A DNA stretch of 64,000 nt from Octopus vulgaris. Its lineage: Eukaryota. The notes below the pieces were generated by a model, which was given only the letters and a program-made list of their open reading frames with translations, searched no databases and was not told the DNA's origin. The stretch is from the NCBI GenBank assembly GCA_951406725.2, contig CATOCA020000007.1, positions 127,899 through 191,898 of the forward strand. Reading direction: 5' to 3'. The position numbers were made by a program, and so were the translations under genes. Every line of letters begins with the position of its first letter. Within the stretch, counting starts at the first letter, position 1. This document shows positions 37,106 through 56,146 of the stretch, one piece after another.

Positions 37106-40100
37106 GTGCACCCGCCCTCCCACCCCCACCACACATGCCGGAAGTTCCTATTCTTTGTCATTCCGGGGTTGCTTCCCATGAAGACTGCAAATGCTCTCAC
37201 CATCCCTACCCCTCCCTACCCCTAGTCTCGACCTATGTAAGGTAATGTTCATACAGTGCAAAATATGAAAGGCTAGTGTTATGCAGGTTGTACTGAAGGC
37301 TACTTTACTACTTCATTTCTTGCACATGAATTCTGCCAAATGCGAGCTTTCTTTTCAGGTACACGAAGCTACTGTCCACCGTCCCAGGGTCTCTAGAGCC
37401 CATGCCTCCCACACCCTCAGGGTTGGCACCCTCTTGGCAAAAAGGTAGGTCTGGTGAGATAGTCGAGATGCTTGAACGGAGATGTGTGGATATATGTTGC
37501 ATGCAAGAAATAAGGTGGAGAGGAGGATCAGCTAGGTTCCTCACAGGCAAGGAACGCAGGTACAAGATTTTCTGGGCAGGGAACACTGACGGGGTTGGTG
37601 GCGTGGGTATACTTATCGCTGAGAAATGGGTAGATAAAGTAATTGAGGTAATCAGAGTATGTGACAGAATACTTAAGATTAGATTAGTGCTTCATCATAG
37701 TTTAGCAACCATTATATCAGCCTATGCTCCTCAGTCGGGGCTACCCAATGGACAGAAAGACCGATTCTATGACACTCTACTGCAGACTACCTCGTTGACG
37801 AACGACAGAGACCTTATCTTTGTGGCTGGTGACTTCAATGGTCACGTTGGACGACATGCTGGGGGCTTCCATGGCGTACATGGAGGCTATGGCTATGGCT
37901 CCCGCAACGAGGAGGGAACCAGGCTGCTGGAGTTCTGCGATGCAAATAATCTTATGATTTGCAACACTAACTTCAGGAAACCTACCAGCCACCTAGTCAC
38001 TTACCGATCGGGCCAACATACCAGCCAAATTGACTACATCCTTGCAAGGCAAAGGGAGAGATGGCTGCTTATAAATGCCAAAACCTTCCCAGGTGAAGAA
38101 TGTACCCCACAACATAGACTGGTAGTTAGTGACTTTAGGATCAGGACTAGGAGGACAACCAGAAGACGACCAATATGGAGAAGAAGGATCTGGAAGCTTA
38201 AAGATCCTGCAAATGGACAGAGATTTAGAGGACATATTACTTGAAGCCTCTGACGAAGTAGAAGGGGATAGAGCATCACAGGGGGTAGAAGACAGCTGGA
38301 CGTTTCTAAGGGACAACCTGCTGAGAGCCACTGACCAGATCTGTGGCTGGTGCAAAGTCCCCTCTCGACCTAGAATAACGTGGTGGTGGAACAGTATTGT
38401 AGACAGGGCTATTAGAGAAAAGAGACAGGCTTGGAAGGTCTGGAAAAATGGGGGTAGCAGGGAATTGTATCAGACTGCCAAAAGAGAAGCTAGGAGACAG
38501 GTTTATTTAGCCAGAGGGGAAGCAGATAAGAAAAATTTGCCAATGTTCTGCGCCGTGAGGACCAAAGACTGGAGGTGTTTCGCGTTGCAAGACAGTGTGT
38601 GAGAGAGAATCGTGATGTGGTAGGAGAGAAGTGTGTTCGCATGGAAGATGGTTCACTTGCGCTAAATGAGGATGCAAAGAGAGAGGTTTGGAGATGCCAC
38701 TATGAAAGTTGCTGAATAAAGAAAATGAATGGGATAAAGAGAGTCTGCCGAATGTTGACCCAACAGAGGGACCAGCTATCCGAGTTGATAGTTCCGTGGT
38801 AGCTAAGGCAATTAGAAGCATGAAGACAGGAAAAGCCCCAGGCCCATCAGGAATCACTGCAGAGATGCTCAAAATGTCTGGTAGTGTCGGCTATAGCCTA
38901 GTCACCCGTATAGTTAATCAGGTGATACACAAAGGAGTCATACCCAATGACTGGTGTAGCAGCATAATAGTCAACTGCTACAAAGGTAAAGGTGACGCCC
39001 TAGATACAAATAACTACAGAGGTATCAAGCTGTTGGATCAGGTGATGAAGGTTACGGAGAGGGTCATAGCCCAACTAATTAGAGAGAGAGTTAGTTTAGA
39101 TGAGATGCAGTTTGGGTTTGTGCCAGGGAAAAGTACTACTGATGCTATATTCCTGGTAAGGCAGCTGCAGGAGAAATACCTAGCCAAAGATAAGCCCCTG
39201 TACCTGGCTTTTGTTGACATGGAGAAAGCCTTCGACAGGGTCCCCCGATCCCTTATCTGGTGGGCAATGAGGAAACTAGGGATAGATGAATGGTTAGTGA
39301 GAGCTGTGCGGGCCATGTATAGGGACGCTGCTAGTAGGGTGAGGGTTGGAAACGAGTACAGTGAAGAATTCCGGGTAGAGGTAGGGGTCCACCAAGGCTC
39401 AGTACTCAGCCCCCTCCTATTTATCATAGTCCTCCAGGCAATAACGGAGGAATTCAAGACAGGATGCCCTTGGGAGCTCCTCTATGCTGATGACCTTGCT
39501 CTAATTGCTGAGTTGCTATCAGAACTGGAGAGGTTTCAGGTGTGGAAACAAGGATTAGAATCGAAGGGCCTCAGAGTCAATCTAGCTAAAACCAAAGTCG
39601 TAATCAGTAGGAAGGTAGACAAATCACAAACGCCTTCAGGTAGATGGCCCTGCTCGATCTGTAGAAAAGGTGTAGGTAGAAACTCTATAAGATGCACCAA
39701 GTGTAAGCTATGGACACATAAGAGGTGCAGCAATGTCAAAGGAAGGCTAACTAGGAAGATGGTTTTTGTATGTGGCAGATGCTCAGGAACAATAAACACT
39801 GAAAATGCTCTGAGACCAACTTCCGTCACTTTCCAGGGAGAAAAACTAGAAATAGTTGATAGTTTCCGTTACCTAGGTGACCAAGTCAGCAGCGGGGGCG
39901 GGTGTGCTGAAAGTGTAACTGCTACAGTAAGAATAGCTTGGGCAAAGTTCAGAGAGCTCTTACCTCTGCTGGTGACAAAAGGCCTCTCGCACAGAGTGAA
40001 AGGCAGACTGTATGATGCGTGTGTACGAACAGCCATGCTACATGGCAGTGAAACATGGGCCGTGACTGCTGAGGATATGCGTAAGCTCGCAAGAAATGAA

Positions 40101-40912
40101 GCCAGTATGCTCCGATGGATGTGTAATGTCAGTGTTCATAATCGACAGAGTGTAAGTACCTTGAGAGAAAAGCTGGACCTAAGAAGCATCAGTTGTGGTG
40201 TGCAAGAGAGACGTTTGCGCTGGTATGGTCATGTGGCGAGAATGGATGAAGATAGTTGTGTGAAAAAGTGCCACACCCTAGCGGTTGAGGGAACCTGTGG
40301 AAGAGGCAGACCCAGGAAAACCTGGGACGAGGTGGTGAAGCACGACCTTCGAACTTTAGGTCTCACTGAGGAAATGACCTCTGGAAGTGTGCTGTGCGCG
40401 AGAAGACCCGGCAGGACAAGTGAGTCCATAACCCGTGGCCTTCTACTTAGGATGGAGCCAGCCTACGTATGCATACCTTCCCTTCTTGGGACACAAAACT
40501 CTACTTGTGAAGACCTGTTGAGGCAAGTGAGGATCAGAATCGAAATCGATCAATGGAAATTGCAGATGTGTTACCAGTGCGGTGGCATGTAAGAGAACTT
40601 TCCGTTTCGCGACCGTTGCCAGCACCACCCCGTTTCGTGTCCGTTGCCAGCCTCGCCTGGCCCTTGTGCCGGTGGCACATAAAAAGCACCATCCGTTCGT
40701 GGCCATTTGCCAGCTCTGTCTGGCACCTGTGCGGGTGGCACGTAAAAAGCACCCACTACACTCACGGAGTGGTTGGCGTTAGGAAGGGCATCCAGCCGTA
40801 GAAACACTGCCAGATTTGACTGGGCCTGATGAAGCCTTCAGGCTTCACATACCCCAGTAGAACCGTCCAACCCATGCTAGCATGGAAAACGGACGCTAAA
40901 CGACGATGATGA
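37106..40912 (+). mobile_element. RTE-clade LINE, near full-length, frameshifted APE-RT ORF, (GAT)n tail
   Basis: APE motifs CMQEIRW, ISAYAPQ, GDFNGHVG, QIDYIL and PQHRLV; RT motifs NYRGIKLL, QFGFVPGKST, FVDMEKAFDRV, GVHQGSVLSPLLF and LLYADD; C-terminal RRLRWYGHV and GRGRPRKTW. The 5' boundary is approximate. Confidence 0.92.
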
Positions 40913-41826
<914 letters not shown>

Positions 41827-41834
41827 TATCTCTC

Positions 41835-42204
41835 TCTATATATAAACGGCAGTTTGTCTGTGCGTGTTTCTGTGTGTCTGTTTTCTCGTACCCTCACTCT
41901 GGCCACGGCTTTCAACCGATTCTGATGAAACTTGACACACACATAGCCCAATGTCATAATTCAAAACTAACGCAGCCAAAATTTTGAAAAGTTCCCCCAG
42001 TTCTGAAAAAAATCGATAAATTCGACATGGGGTCGAGAATCAGAAACACGAACCACAAACTGTCTAGGGGACGCAACTCAACCTTTTTTAACTCAAAAAA
42101 AAATTTACCATAATTTTTTTTGCTATTTTTTGGCTATAACTCTCTAAAAATGCTTTATAGTTATTTCCCTTACAAACCTGAGCAACGCCGGGCGATACTG
42201 CTAG
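41835..42204 (+). mobile_element. Non-autonomous Helitron-like element
   Basis: 5' TCTATATATAAA; 3' CCTGAGCAACGCCGGGCGATACTGCTAG|T (GC-rich hairpin plus CTAG). Confidence 0.8.
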
Positions 42205-42568
42205 TATATATATATATGTATATATATATATATGTATATATGTATATATATATACGTGTATATATATGTGTATATATATGTGTATATATATATGTGTATA
42301 TATATATGTGTATATATATATGTGTATATATATATTTATGTATATATATATATGTGTATATATATATGTGTATATATATATATGTGTATATATATATATG
42401 TATATATATGTGTATATATATATATGTATATATATGTGTATATATATATATGTATGTATATATATGTGTATATATATATATGTGTATATATATATATGTA
42501 TATATATATGTATATATATATGTATATATGTATATATATGTATATATATGTATATATGTATATATATG

Positions 42569-42608
<40 letters not shown>

Positions 42609-43475
42609 CGTATATATATATATATACACACACACACATATATATACACACATATATATACACACATATATATATACACACATATATATATAAACATATC
42701 TCTATATATAAAACTGAAATGCGTTTTTACCGCTTGGTTCGCTTTCAATGCCACTACATCCCGTCCGATTCGCTCCAAAATTTACAGGGACATGTAGAAT
42801 GAGGTGACGATGCGCGTGGGCTACCTTAGAAATCCCTATCTTAAAAGCTGTGGTTTCTAGGGGCCATCTTCCTACCTCACCCTATTTCCTCCAGTACTCT
42901 GTCAATCCTCTTCATTTATAACTTTCAGAATGCCACTACGGTTATTTAAAGTATCTGTCACTATCGCTATTTCCTTTCTTTTTCACTGACTCTGTTTCCT
43001 ACCTTCCTATCACTTCGGCGGCGTTCTTTGAAGTATATGTCTGTCACCAACAATCAACACACGAGCATGAGAACAAATATTATGAATCAGATATTCTTGC
43101 GTTCATTTATATGTGTGTGTGTGTGTGTTCTATATATATATGTATATATAATGTATGTGTGTGTGTGTTCTATATATAAATATGTATATATAATGTATGT
43201 GTGTGTGTGTGTTCTATATATAAATATGTATATATAATGTATGTGTGTGTGTGTGTTCTATATATAAATATGTATATATAATGTATGTGTGTGTGATCTA
43301 TATATAAATATGTATATATAATGTATATATACAAAGTGTATATATCTGTATTTATGTATATTAAACTTTTTCATACTTTTTCATAGTTATATATATTTTT
43401 AAACAAATTATAAATATAATTTCATAATTTTTATTTTCAATTTAAATAATTTAAAGTTTTCAATTTTATATTTTA

Positions 43476-44493
43476 CTAGCAGTATCGCCCGGCGTTGCTC
43501 GGGTTTGTAAGGGAAATAACTATATAAGCATTTTTAGTGAGTTATAGCAAAAAAAATAGCAAAAAATGCATTAAAGACGGAATAAAAAATGATAGTAATT
43601 TCTTTTTTAAATCGTTGACTCATCGTAGACATTTTTACAGAGTTACTTCCCTTATATAATAGCGAAAAATGCATTAAAATGGAATTAAAAAATGATGGTA
43701 ATTTTTTTTTTAATCGTTGACTCATCGTAGACATTTTTAGAGAGTTACTTCCCTTATATAATAGCGAAAAATGCATTAAAATGGAATAAAAAATGATGGT
43801 AAATTTTTTTTTAAATCGTAGACTCATCGTAGACGCGCGCTAATACCCAGAAGGGCTCGATATGAATCACGACTATAAGATACCTGGTTTTGGTTACACT
43901 GCACCGCAAAATGTGGGAGTAGTTAGCAATCTAAATCGTAGGAGACAGACACACAACCTTACTTTTATATATAAAGATTTGTGCAACAACTAAAACATTC
44001 GGTTGTGCAAATTGTTTGCACAGGAAACCTGCCCTGTGTGGCGGTTTTTGCCGTTTTTGTGGATCTGTTTCAGCTTTTTTAGCGATTTCTGTTTTGGCGA
44101 CTTCAAGCCATGAAGTCGTTGTTCTAAAAGAACGCTGGTCTCCTTCACAACGCATTACGACGTTGATTTCCTTACACTCCCTTCCCCACAGCTTCACGAG
44201 GGAGGGAAGAAGGGGGAGAAGCAACACAGGTGCAGGCGTGAGCGTGGACGCCAACTCCGCCGCCATCGACACACGAAAAAATATGCATTAAAATGGAATA
44301 AAAAATGATGTTAAATTATTTTAAAAATCGTACACTCATCGTAGACGCGCGCTAATACCCAGACGGGCTCGATATGAATCACGACTATAAGATACCCGAA
44401 TTTGGTTAAACTGCACCGCAAAATTTGGGAGTAGTTAGGAATCTAAATCGAAGGGGACAGACACTCACACAACTACAGTTTTATATATATAGA
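43476..44493 (-). mobile_element. Two adjacent non-autonomous Helitron-like copies (43476-43977; ~44010-44493)
   Basis: A|CTAGCAGTATCGCCCGGCGTTGCTCGGG end, internal duplications, TATATATA(A)AGA ends; shares blocks with 49112-49617. Confidence 0.78.
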
Positions 44494-44636
44494 TATATTT
44501 TCTATGTTATATTTTCTTTTTTTATGTTTTTGTTTTTGGTTTTTCACTGTTTCATTTGCCTATTAGTGGTTTTATCTCTAATTTAATTTATACAGATATA
44601 TATCTCATTTGTATACATTTGTATATATAATGCGTG

Positions 44637-44670
<34 letters not shown>

Positions 44671-45494
44671 CACATATATATATGTGTGCATTACGTAGTC
44701 GGTCGATTCACCTGAAAATATGCACACCTATGTTAAAGGTGCTGACAAGTTTGCATCACAACTATTTTGTTCCTCAAATGAAAGGCGTCACCTCTAGGAC
44801 AAAATTCCTCATCTTATAAAATGTGGCCCCATTACACCCGAATGAAATCGGGTTATATTAACCAAAATGTGAAAAGGGGTCTAAATGGGGCTGGAAGGGG
44901 ATTAAAATTTCAAAGAGCGGGTGTTTAGGAATTCTCTGTTGCATCAAGCTAAAAAATTTGCGCCAGCCTTTTAATCGTCAATGTGTTGCCGTCCATGATG
45001 AAGAAGTTTTGAATGCTTGCCATGGTGAGTCTACTGTCGTGAGAAAGAATCACTTCAAAAATTGGTGTTTACGAATTTTCTTTTACATCAAGTTCAAAAT
45101 TTTACGCCAGCCGTTAAACTGTCACTACGTTGCTGTCCGTCGTTAACAAATGCCAGCCATGGTGACTCTACTATCCTCAGATTCTATCCCTTCAAACTTT
45201 GGTTTCCAATATTTTATTATTTTTATTCAGCTCGCAAGTTCGTCTGTCCCTTTTGAATGTTAGCGTTTTGCTGTCTGCCTTGAAGCAGACCTTTCCATTG
45301 CCACTGCCTCATATTTCTGATTGATCTTTCTAAATATTTTATTTCTCAACTTACTCAAGATCTTCTGTTGTTTATAAATGGGAGAGAGATAGATAAAGAT
45401 AGAGAGTAAGAGAAAGCGAGGGAGAGTCAGAGAGAAAAGAAAAGTAAGAGAGTGGGAAAGTGAGAGAGAAAGGAGAGAGAAACAAATACGGAGA

Positions 45495-45788
45495 ATCATC
45501 ATCATCGTTTAACATCCGTTTTCCGTGCTAGCACGGGTTGGGCAGGTCTCGGAAGCCAGGAGGCTGCACCATGCTCCAGTCTGATCTGGCAGTGTTTCTA
45601 CAGGTGGATGACCTTCCTAACGCCAACCACACTGTGAGTGTAGTGAGTGCTTTTTTCGTGCCGACGGCACTGGTGCCAGGGGGCTCGCAGTGGCAACGAT
45701 CGGTTGGTGCTTTTTACGTGCCACCAGCACAGAAGCAAGTCAAGGCGGTGCTGCAATCGGCCACGTTCGGATGGTGCTTTTTACGTGC
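45495..45788 (-). mobile_element. Diverged RTE 3' UTR / SINE-like copy
   Basis: CATCATCATCGTTTAACATCCG...CCTTCCTAACGCCAACCAC...GTGCTTTTTACGTGCCACC. Confidence 0.8.
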
Positions 45789-45890
45789 TGAAAGGAAGCA
45801 ACAGAAAGTAACACCCACACTCTTACCCGCGCGTAGAGCGGGTCACCTTCAGCTAGTATATATATATACACATATATATATATACATATA

Positions 45891-45942
<52 letters not shown>

Positions 45943-46058
45943 TATATATATATATGTATATATATATATGTTTATATATATATATATATATGTGTATATA
46001 TATATATATGTTTATATATATATGTGTGTATATATATGTATATATATATATATGTGTG

Positions 46059-46089
<31 letters not shown>

Positions 46090-46126
46090 GTGTGTATATA
46101 TATGTGTGTATATATATATATGTGTG

Positions 46127-46183
<57 letters not shown>

Positions 46184-46401
46184 GTGTGTGTATATATATA
46201 TATATGTGTGTGTATATATATATATATGTGTGTGTATATATATATATGTGAGTTTATATATATGTGCATATATGTGTGTATATATATATGTGTGTGTATA
46301 TATATATATATGTGTGTATATATATATATATGTGAGTTTATATATATGTGCATATATATATATGTATATATATATATATAATTCTGTATATATATAATTG
46401 T

Positions 46402-46668
46402 ATCGACTGGCTTCCGTGCAGGTGGCACGTAAAATGCGCCAATCCGACTGTGGCCAATGCCAGCCTCGCCTGCCACCAGTGTAGGTGGCACGTAAAAAGC
46501 ACGCACTACACTCACGGGGTGGTTCACGTTAGGAAGGGCATCGAGCTGTATAAACATCGCCAGATAAGACCAGAGCCTGGTGCAGCCTTCTGGCTTCCCA
46601 GATCCCCAGTCGAACCATCCATCCCATGCTAGCATGGAGAACAGACGTTAAACGATGATGATGATGAT
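46402..46668 (+). mobile_element. Diverged RTE 3' UTR / SINE-like copy
   Basis: GGTGGCACGTAAAAAGCAC, GTTAGGAAGGGCATC, CCCATGCTAGCATGG and (GAT)5 tail. Confidence 0.82.
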
Positions 46669-46783
46669 ATATGTATATGTATATATATATACATGTGTAA
46701 TGTATATGCATGTGTATATGTATATATATATGTATATATATTTATATGTATATATATATGTATATGTATTTATATGTATGTAT

Positions 46784-47101
46784 AACGCACAAATAGTGAG
46801 CGGTGTTCCGCAGGGCACTGTTTCGGGACCACTACTGTTCATAATGGCCCTCTCAGACATGCCCTCAGCCACGCAGAGAACCACGATCACAAGTTATGCA
46901 GATGATACAAAAGTTTCACAGGCAATACAGAACCCTGAAGACACTAAGCAACTGCAATGTGAGCTGGACAAAATATACAAGAGAATAGCATGCAGTTCAA
47001 AGCTGAAAAGTTTCAAGCTTTATGCTATCAGCATGCAAAACGGAATGCAATACCCAATGAATACATTGGACCCGGAGGGGTTGCAATGCCAGAGGCACAA
47101 T
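46784..47101 (+). mobile_element. Internal RT fragment of the CR1/L2-group LINE
   Basis: QIVSGVPQGTVSGPLLF...TSYADDTKV. Confidence 0.9.
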
Positions 47102-48870
47102 CTCTTTCACCAGACATTTCCCTTCTAACGGACAGGAGCTTTCGTTTTTGCAATTACATTTCTTAATGGGCTTGGCACCATGTCTAATCTCAATTAGCTT
47201 CCTATTATGTTGGCTAATGTAAGAGGCGAAATTTCTGCAACAAGAATAGCTAACCTTCAGGGTTCTTCTGTTAAATATCCTATAGAATTTATGACCCTGC
47301 TTAAAATGCTTAGAGACTAATCTCAAAAATTCCTTACCTATATTAGTCTTTACGGCCAAATTGAAAGCCGGGTTGAACCACAAAACTTTCCTGGTCCTAG
47401 TTCTTCGTGCAGCATTATTATCAGCATTAAGCTGGTTGAACTGGATCTTCTCAGAGAATCCACTATTCTCTAATGCGCTATCATAATAAGGTGCAGCATT
47501 ATGGAATGCTGCCTCGTCCGAAGAAATTGAAGATATTCTTCTACCTACATTGCTGACTAAGTTCCTAAGGATAACTGGTGGATGGTTCGAATCTTTGCTA
47601 ATATACGATAGGTTTTCATTGGGCTTACAGAAAGGTTTAAATCTATCCGATCTTACATTAAAATTTACGTCTAAAAAATCTACACTATTCAGGTTAGCAT
47701 CTATCGTAACCCGTAAGCCCATCCTTTGAAAGAAAGCTATGAGGTCCTTCCTAAGTCTATCTGATTCATGGCCGTTTAGATTATGTGTGGCTATAAGGCC
47801 GTCATCCATATATAAACCTGCATCTATAAATGGGAATTCTATTTTTAGATTATGGAGAATAAATATGAGCATACATAACTCAGCCCCGTCGTATGCCCCC
47901 ATCGGTACATCGAAAAGAGAATCCTCAGTCTTCTTAATCCAGGTGGAATCCTCGAAAAAAAGAAGCGATTTCCTCGCATGCATAATAATATCAATTTCCG
48001 AGCTATCGATGTTGACATACTGCTTGGCGAAGTCCAATGCCCTTAGGAGCAACGTCCTAGATATTGACGGGTAAAAGTCAATTATGTCGAATTGTGTGAA
48101 ACTACAATTATTCTTATAGCTAATACCTTTAAACCACTCTATAACTGACTTACTATTCTTCCAAATTCTCAAGTCTACTTCACTATCTAACTTAACTAAA
48201 ATACGGTCCAAAATATTTTTGCTAATAATTCCTATCTCAGTTTTAGCCGGATTTATCAATCTACATTTGGGGTTTCTACTAAAATTGGCTTTATGGTCTT
48301 TCAGAGTAATAAAAGCTGGTCGTGGTGAAAGATATTCAATCCTATCGCTAATCTTAAGATCGTTAGCTATTCCTCTTGCTTCTAAGTTCACCTCTTTGTA
48401 TATATTCGTGTTGTCTTTTTTGTATGTGTCCATGACACTATTCGAAATCGGCGCTTATAAACGTCCTTATCAAGTGCATATAAGTTCCTTGTCTTATCAG
48501 AATTAACGAAGATCTTATTCGAGTCATTAATCTCCTTAATTTTTTCTCTCATATTTCTCTGCAATTGGTTGGTATATTTGCGGAATTTAATTTTCCTAAT
48601 AAGCTCGAAAAGGTCTTTCTCGAAGGCTTCTAATTCCGGAATCGGTGGCGGGTTTCTGGGAGATTTAAATCCATATTTGTTTCCTTCTATTTTCTGTTTA
48701 TTATCAATGAAGAAGGCTTTCCATCTCAATCTTCGAGCATACAAAAATAATTTCAAGTGCAAGCTTTGTCTATTAGAAAAAATGTACATCTTATTCAAAG
48801 AAGTGAGCTAATGAACTTATGTAGGCACGCGGCTAAATTTAAAATGTCGAATATAAATATACCATATGGA
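47101..48870 (-). mobile_element. Penelope-like element (Naiad-like), 3'-truncated at the start of GIY-YIG
   Basis: RRLRWKAFF..YGFKS, SDKTRNLY, AFITLKDHK, CRLINPAK, QFDIIDFYPSI, FDVPMGAYDGAE, GLYMDDGL, WFNP and CNC....CPLEGKCL. Confidence 0.9.
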
Positions 48871-49111
48871 TAGAGTATATATTTTGTATTTTTGATTTTG
48901 ACTCTTGAACGATGAGTGCTACGATGGATTTTGTTTCCAAGCTATGCGGATCTTAATCCGTATAGCAAAGTCTTATGTTTCTACATATATATTAGGAAAA
49001 ACCTCCAACTTTGTTTTCATGTTATTGTATTGTATAGGATTACCTTGATTATTTATATTACCTTGATTATTTATAAATGACCCAAAATAGGATGTTATAT
49101 TTTATTTTATA

Positions 49112-49617
49112 CTAGCAGTATCGCCCGGCGTTGCTCGGTTTTGTAAGGGAAATAACTATATAAGCATTTTTAGAGAGTTACTTCCCTTATAAATTCAGGC
49201 TTTCTTAGCCATTTTTGTTTTGGTGTCTTCAAGCCATGAAGTCGTTGTTCTAAAAGAACGCTGGTTTCCTTCACAACGCATTACGACGTTGATTTCTTTA
49301 CACTCCCTTTCCCACAGCTTCACGAGGGAGGGAAGGGGGAGAAGCAAACAGGTGCAGCTGTGAGCGTGGACGCCAACTCCGCCGCCATCGACATACAATG
49401 CATTTTATGCATTAAAATGGAATAAAAAATGATGTTAAATTATTTTTAAAATCGTAGACTCATCGTTGACGCGTGCTAATAGTCAGACGGGCTCGATATG
49501 AATCACGACTATAAGATACCCGAATTTGGTTAAACTACACCGCAAAATGTGGGAGGAGTTAGGAATCTAAATCGAAGGGGACAGACACTCACACAACTAG
49601 AGTTTTATATATATAGA
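49112..49617 (-). mobile_element. Non-autonomous Helitron-like element
   Basis: Same termini and internal blocks as 43476-44493. Confidence 0.8.
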
Positions 49618-50463
49618 TGTCTTTCGTATATATTTTTATTAATCCACCCATTTTAAAAAAAAAAAAAAAAAAGCAATGTCTTTTTTAAAAAAAAGCAATG
49701 TTGTCAAAATTAGAATGTTGATATAAGTATGTGTATAGCAAAGCATATGTATTTGTAAGCATGCGTATCTGTGTATGTGTAAGTGAAAGTATGTTTGTGC
49801 TTAAGCACACATATACACGTCTGTATGTATATGTATCCATTCAAACTTGTGTATGTATACTTGTCTCCATATATGCCAATAATGCCGTTACACTACTTGT
49901 ATACATAATTTTTTCTTATTTCGTTTTTTTCCCCACACCTCCTTCGTTCCTTTTTCTCTCTCTCCCTTTCTTTCGTTCCCCCCCCCTTACTCAGTATATG
50001 AGAATCACTACATAGATCATTTTTAACTTGCGTGCGAGATGGTTTGCGTGAATATATGTACACATGCTTTTATGTGTATATTTAGATTTATATTCATACG
50101 TCTGTATATGTATGGTGTTTGCGCGCATAATTTTGTGTATGTTGATATATATATGTAGATTTTAATATAAATATGTATTGCAGTGTAATATTTATAACAG
50201 GTTTAATTTCTATGCATTAATTTGCACTTTCTTCATTAACGTCAATATGTATTTTATTCAATGTAAGGTTTTTTCCTCAGATTTTATAATTTTTATAAGT
50301 TTTTTTTATATATATATACGTATATTTTTGACTTTTTTGTTTATCGCTCGAAGATTGACCGTTTTTTCTAAAGGGCCAATCAAACAAGTCCATTTCTTTT
50401 TAAAGGTGTAGCGTTTGTAAGAGTATAGATTGAATTGATATATCGGTTCCATTCTAGCAAAAA

Positions 50464-50501
50464 CTGTATGATGAACGGCAACGAGAAACTCAGAGTAACA
50501 G
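50464..50501 (+). ncRNA. Degenerate minimal hammerhead-like motif
   Basis: CTGT-ATGATGA-A-CG(GCAA)CG-A-GAAA-CTC(A)GAG-TA-ACAG. Stems I and III are intact; C3 is replaced by A. Confidence 0.5.
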
Positions 50502-50534
50502 ATTTTGTTGAATTTTCTGCTGCTTAAAATAAAG

Positions 50535-56146
<5,612 letters not shown>

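Noticed and set aside
48930-48970. Hairpin GCTATGCGGAT-CTTA-ATCCGTATAGC upstream of the Naiad-like ORF as a hammerhead stem II
   Set aside because: GAAA follows on the minus strand, but no CUGANGA core is present.
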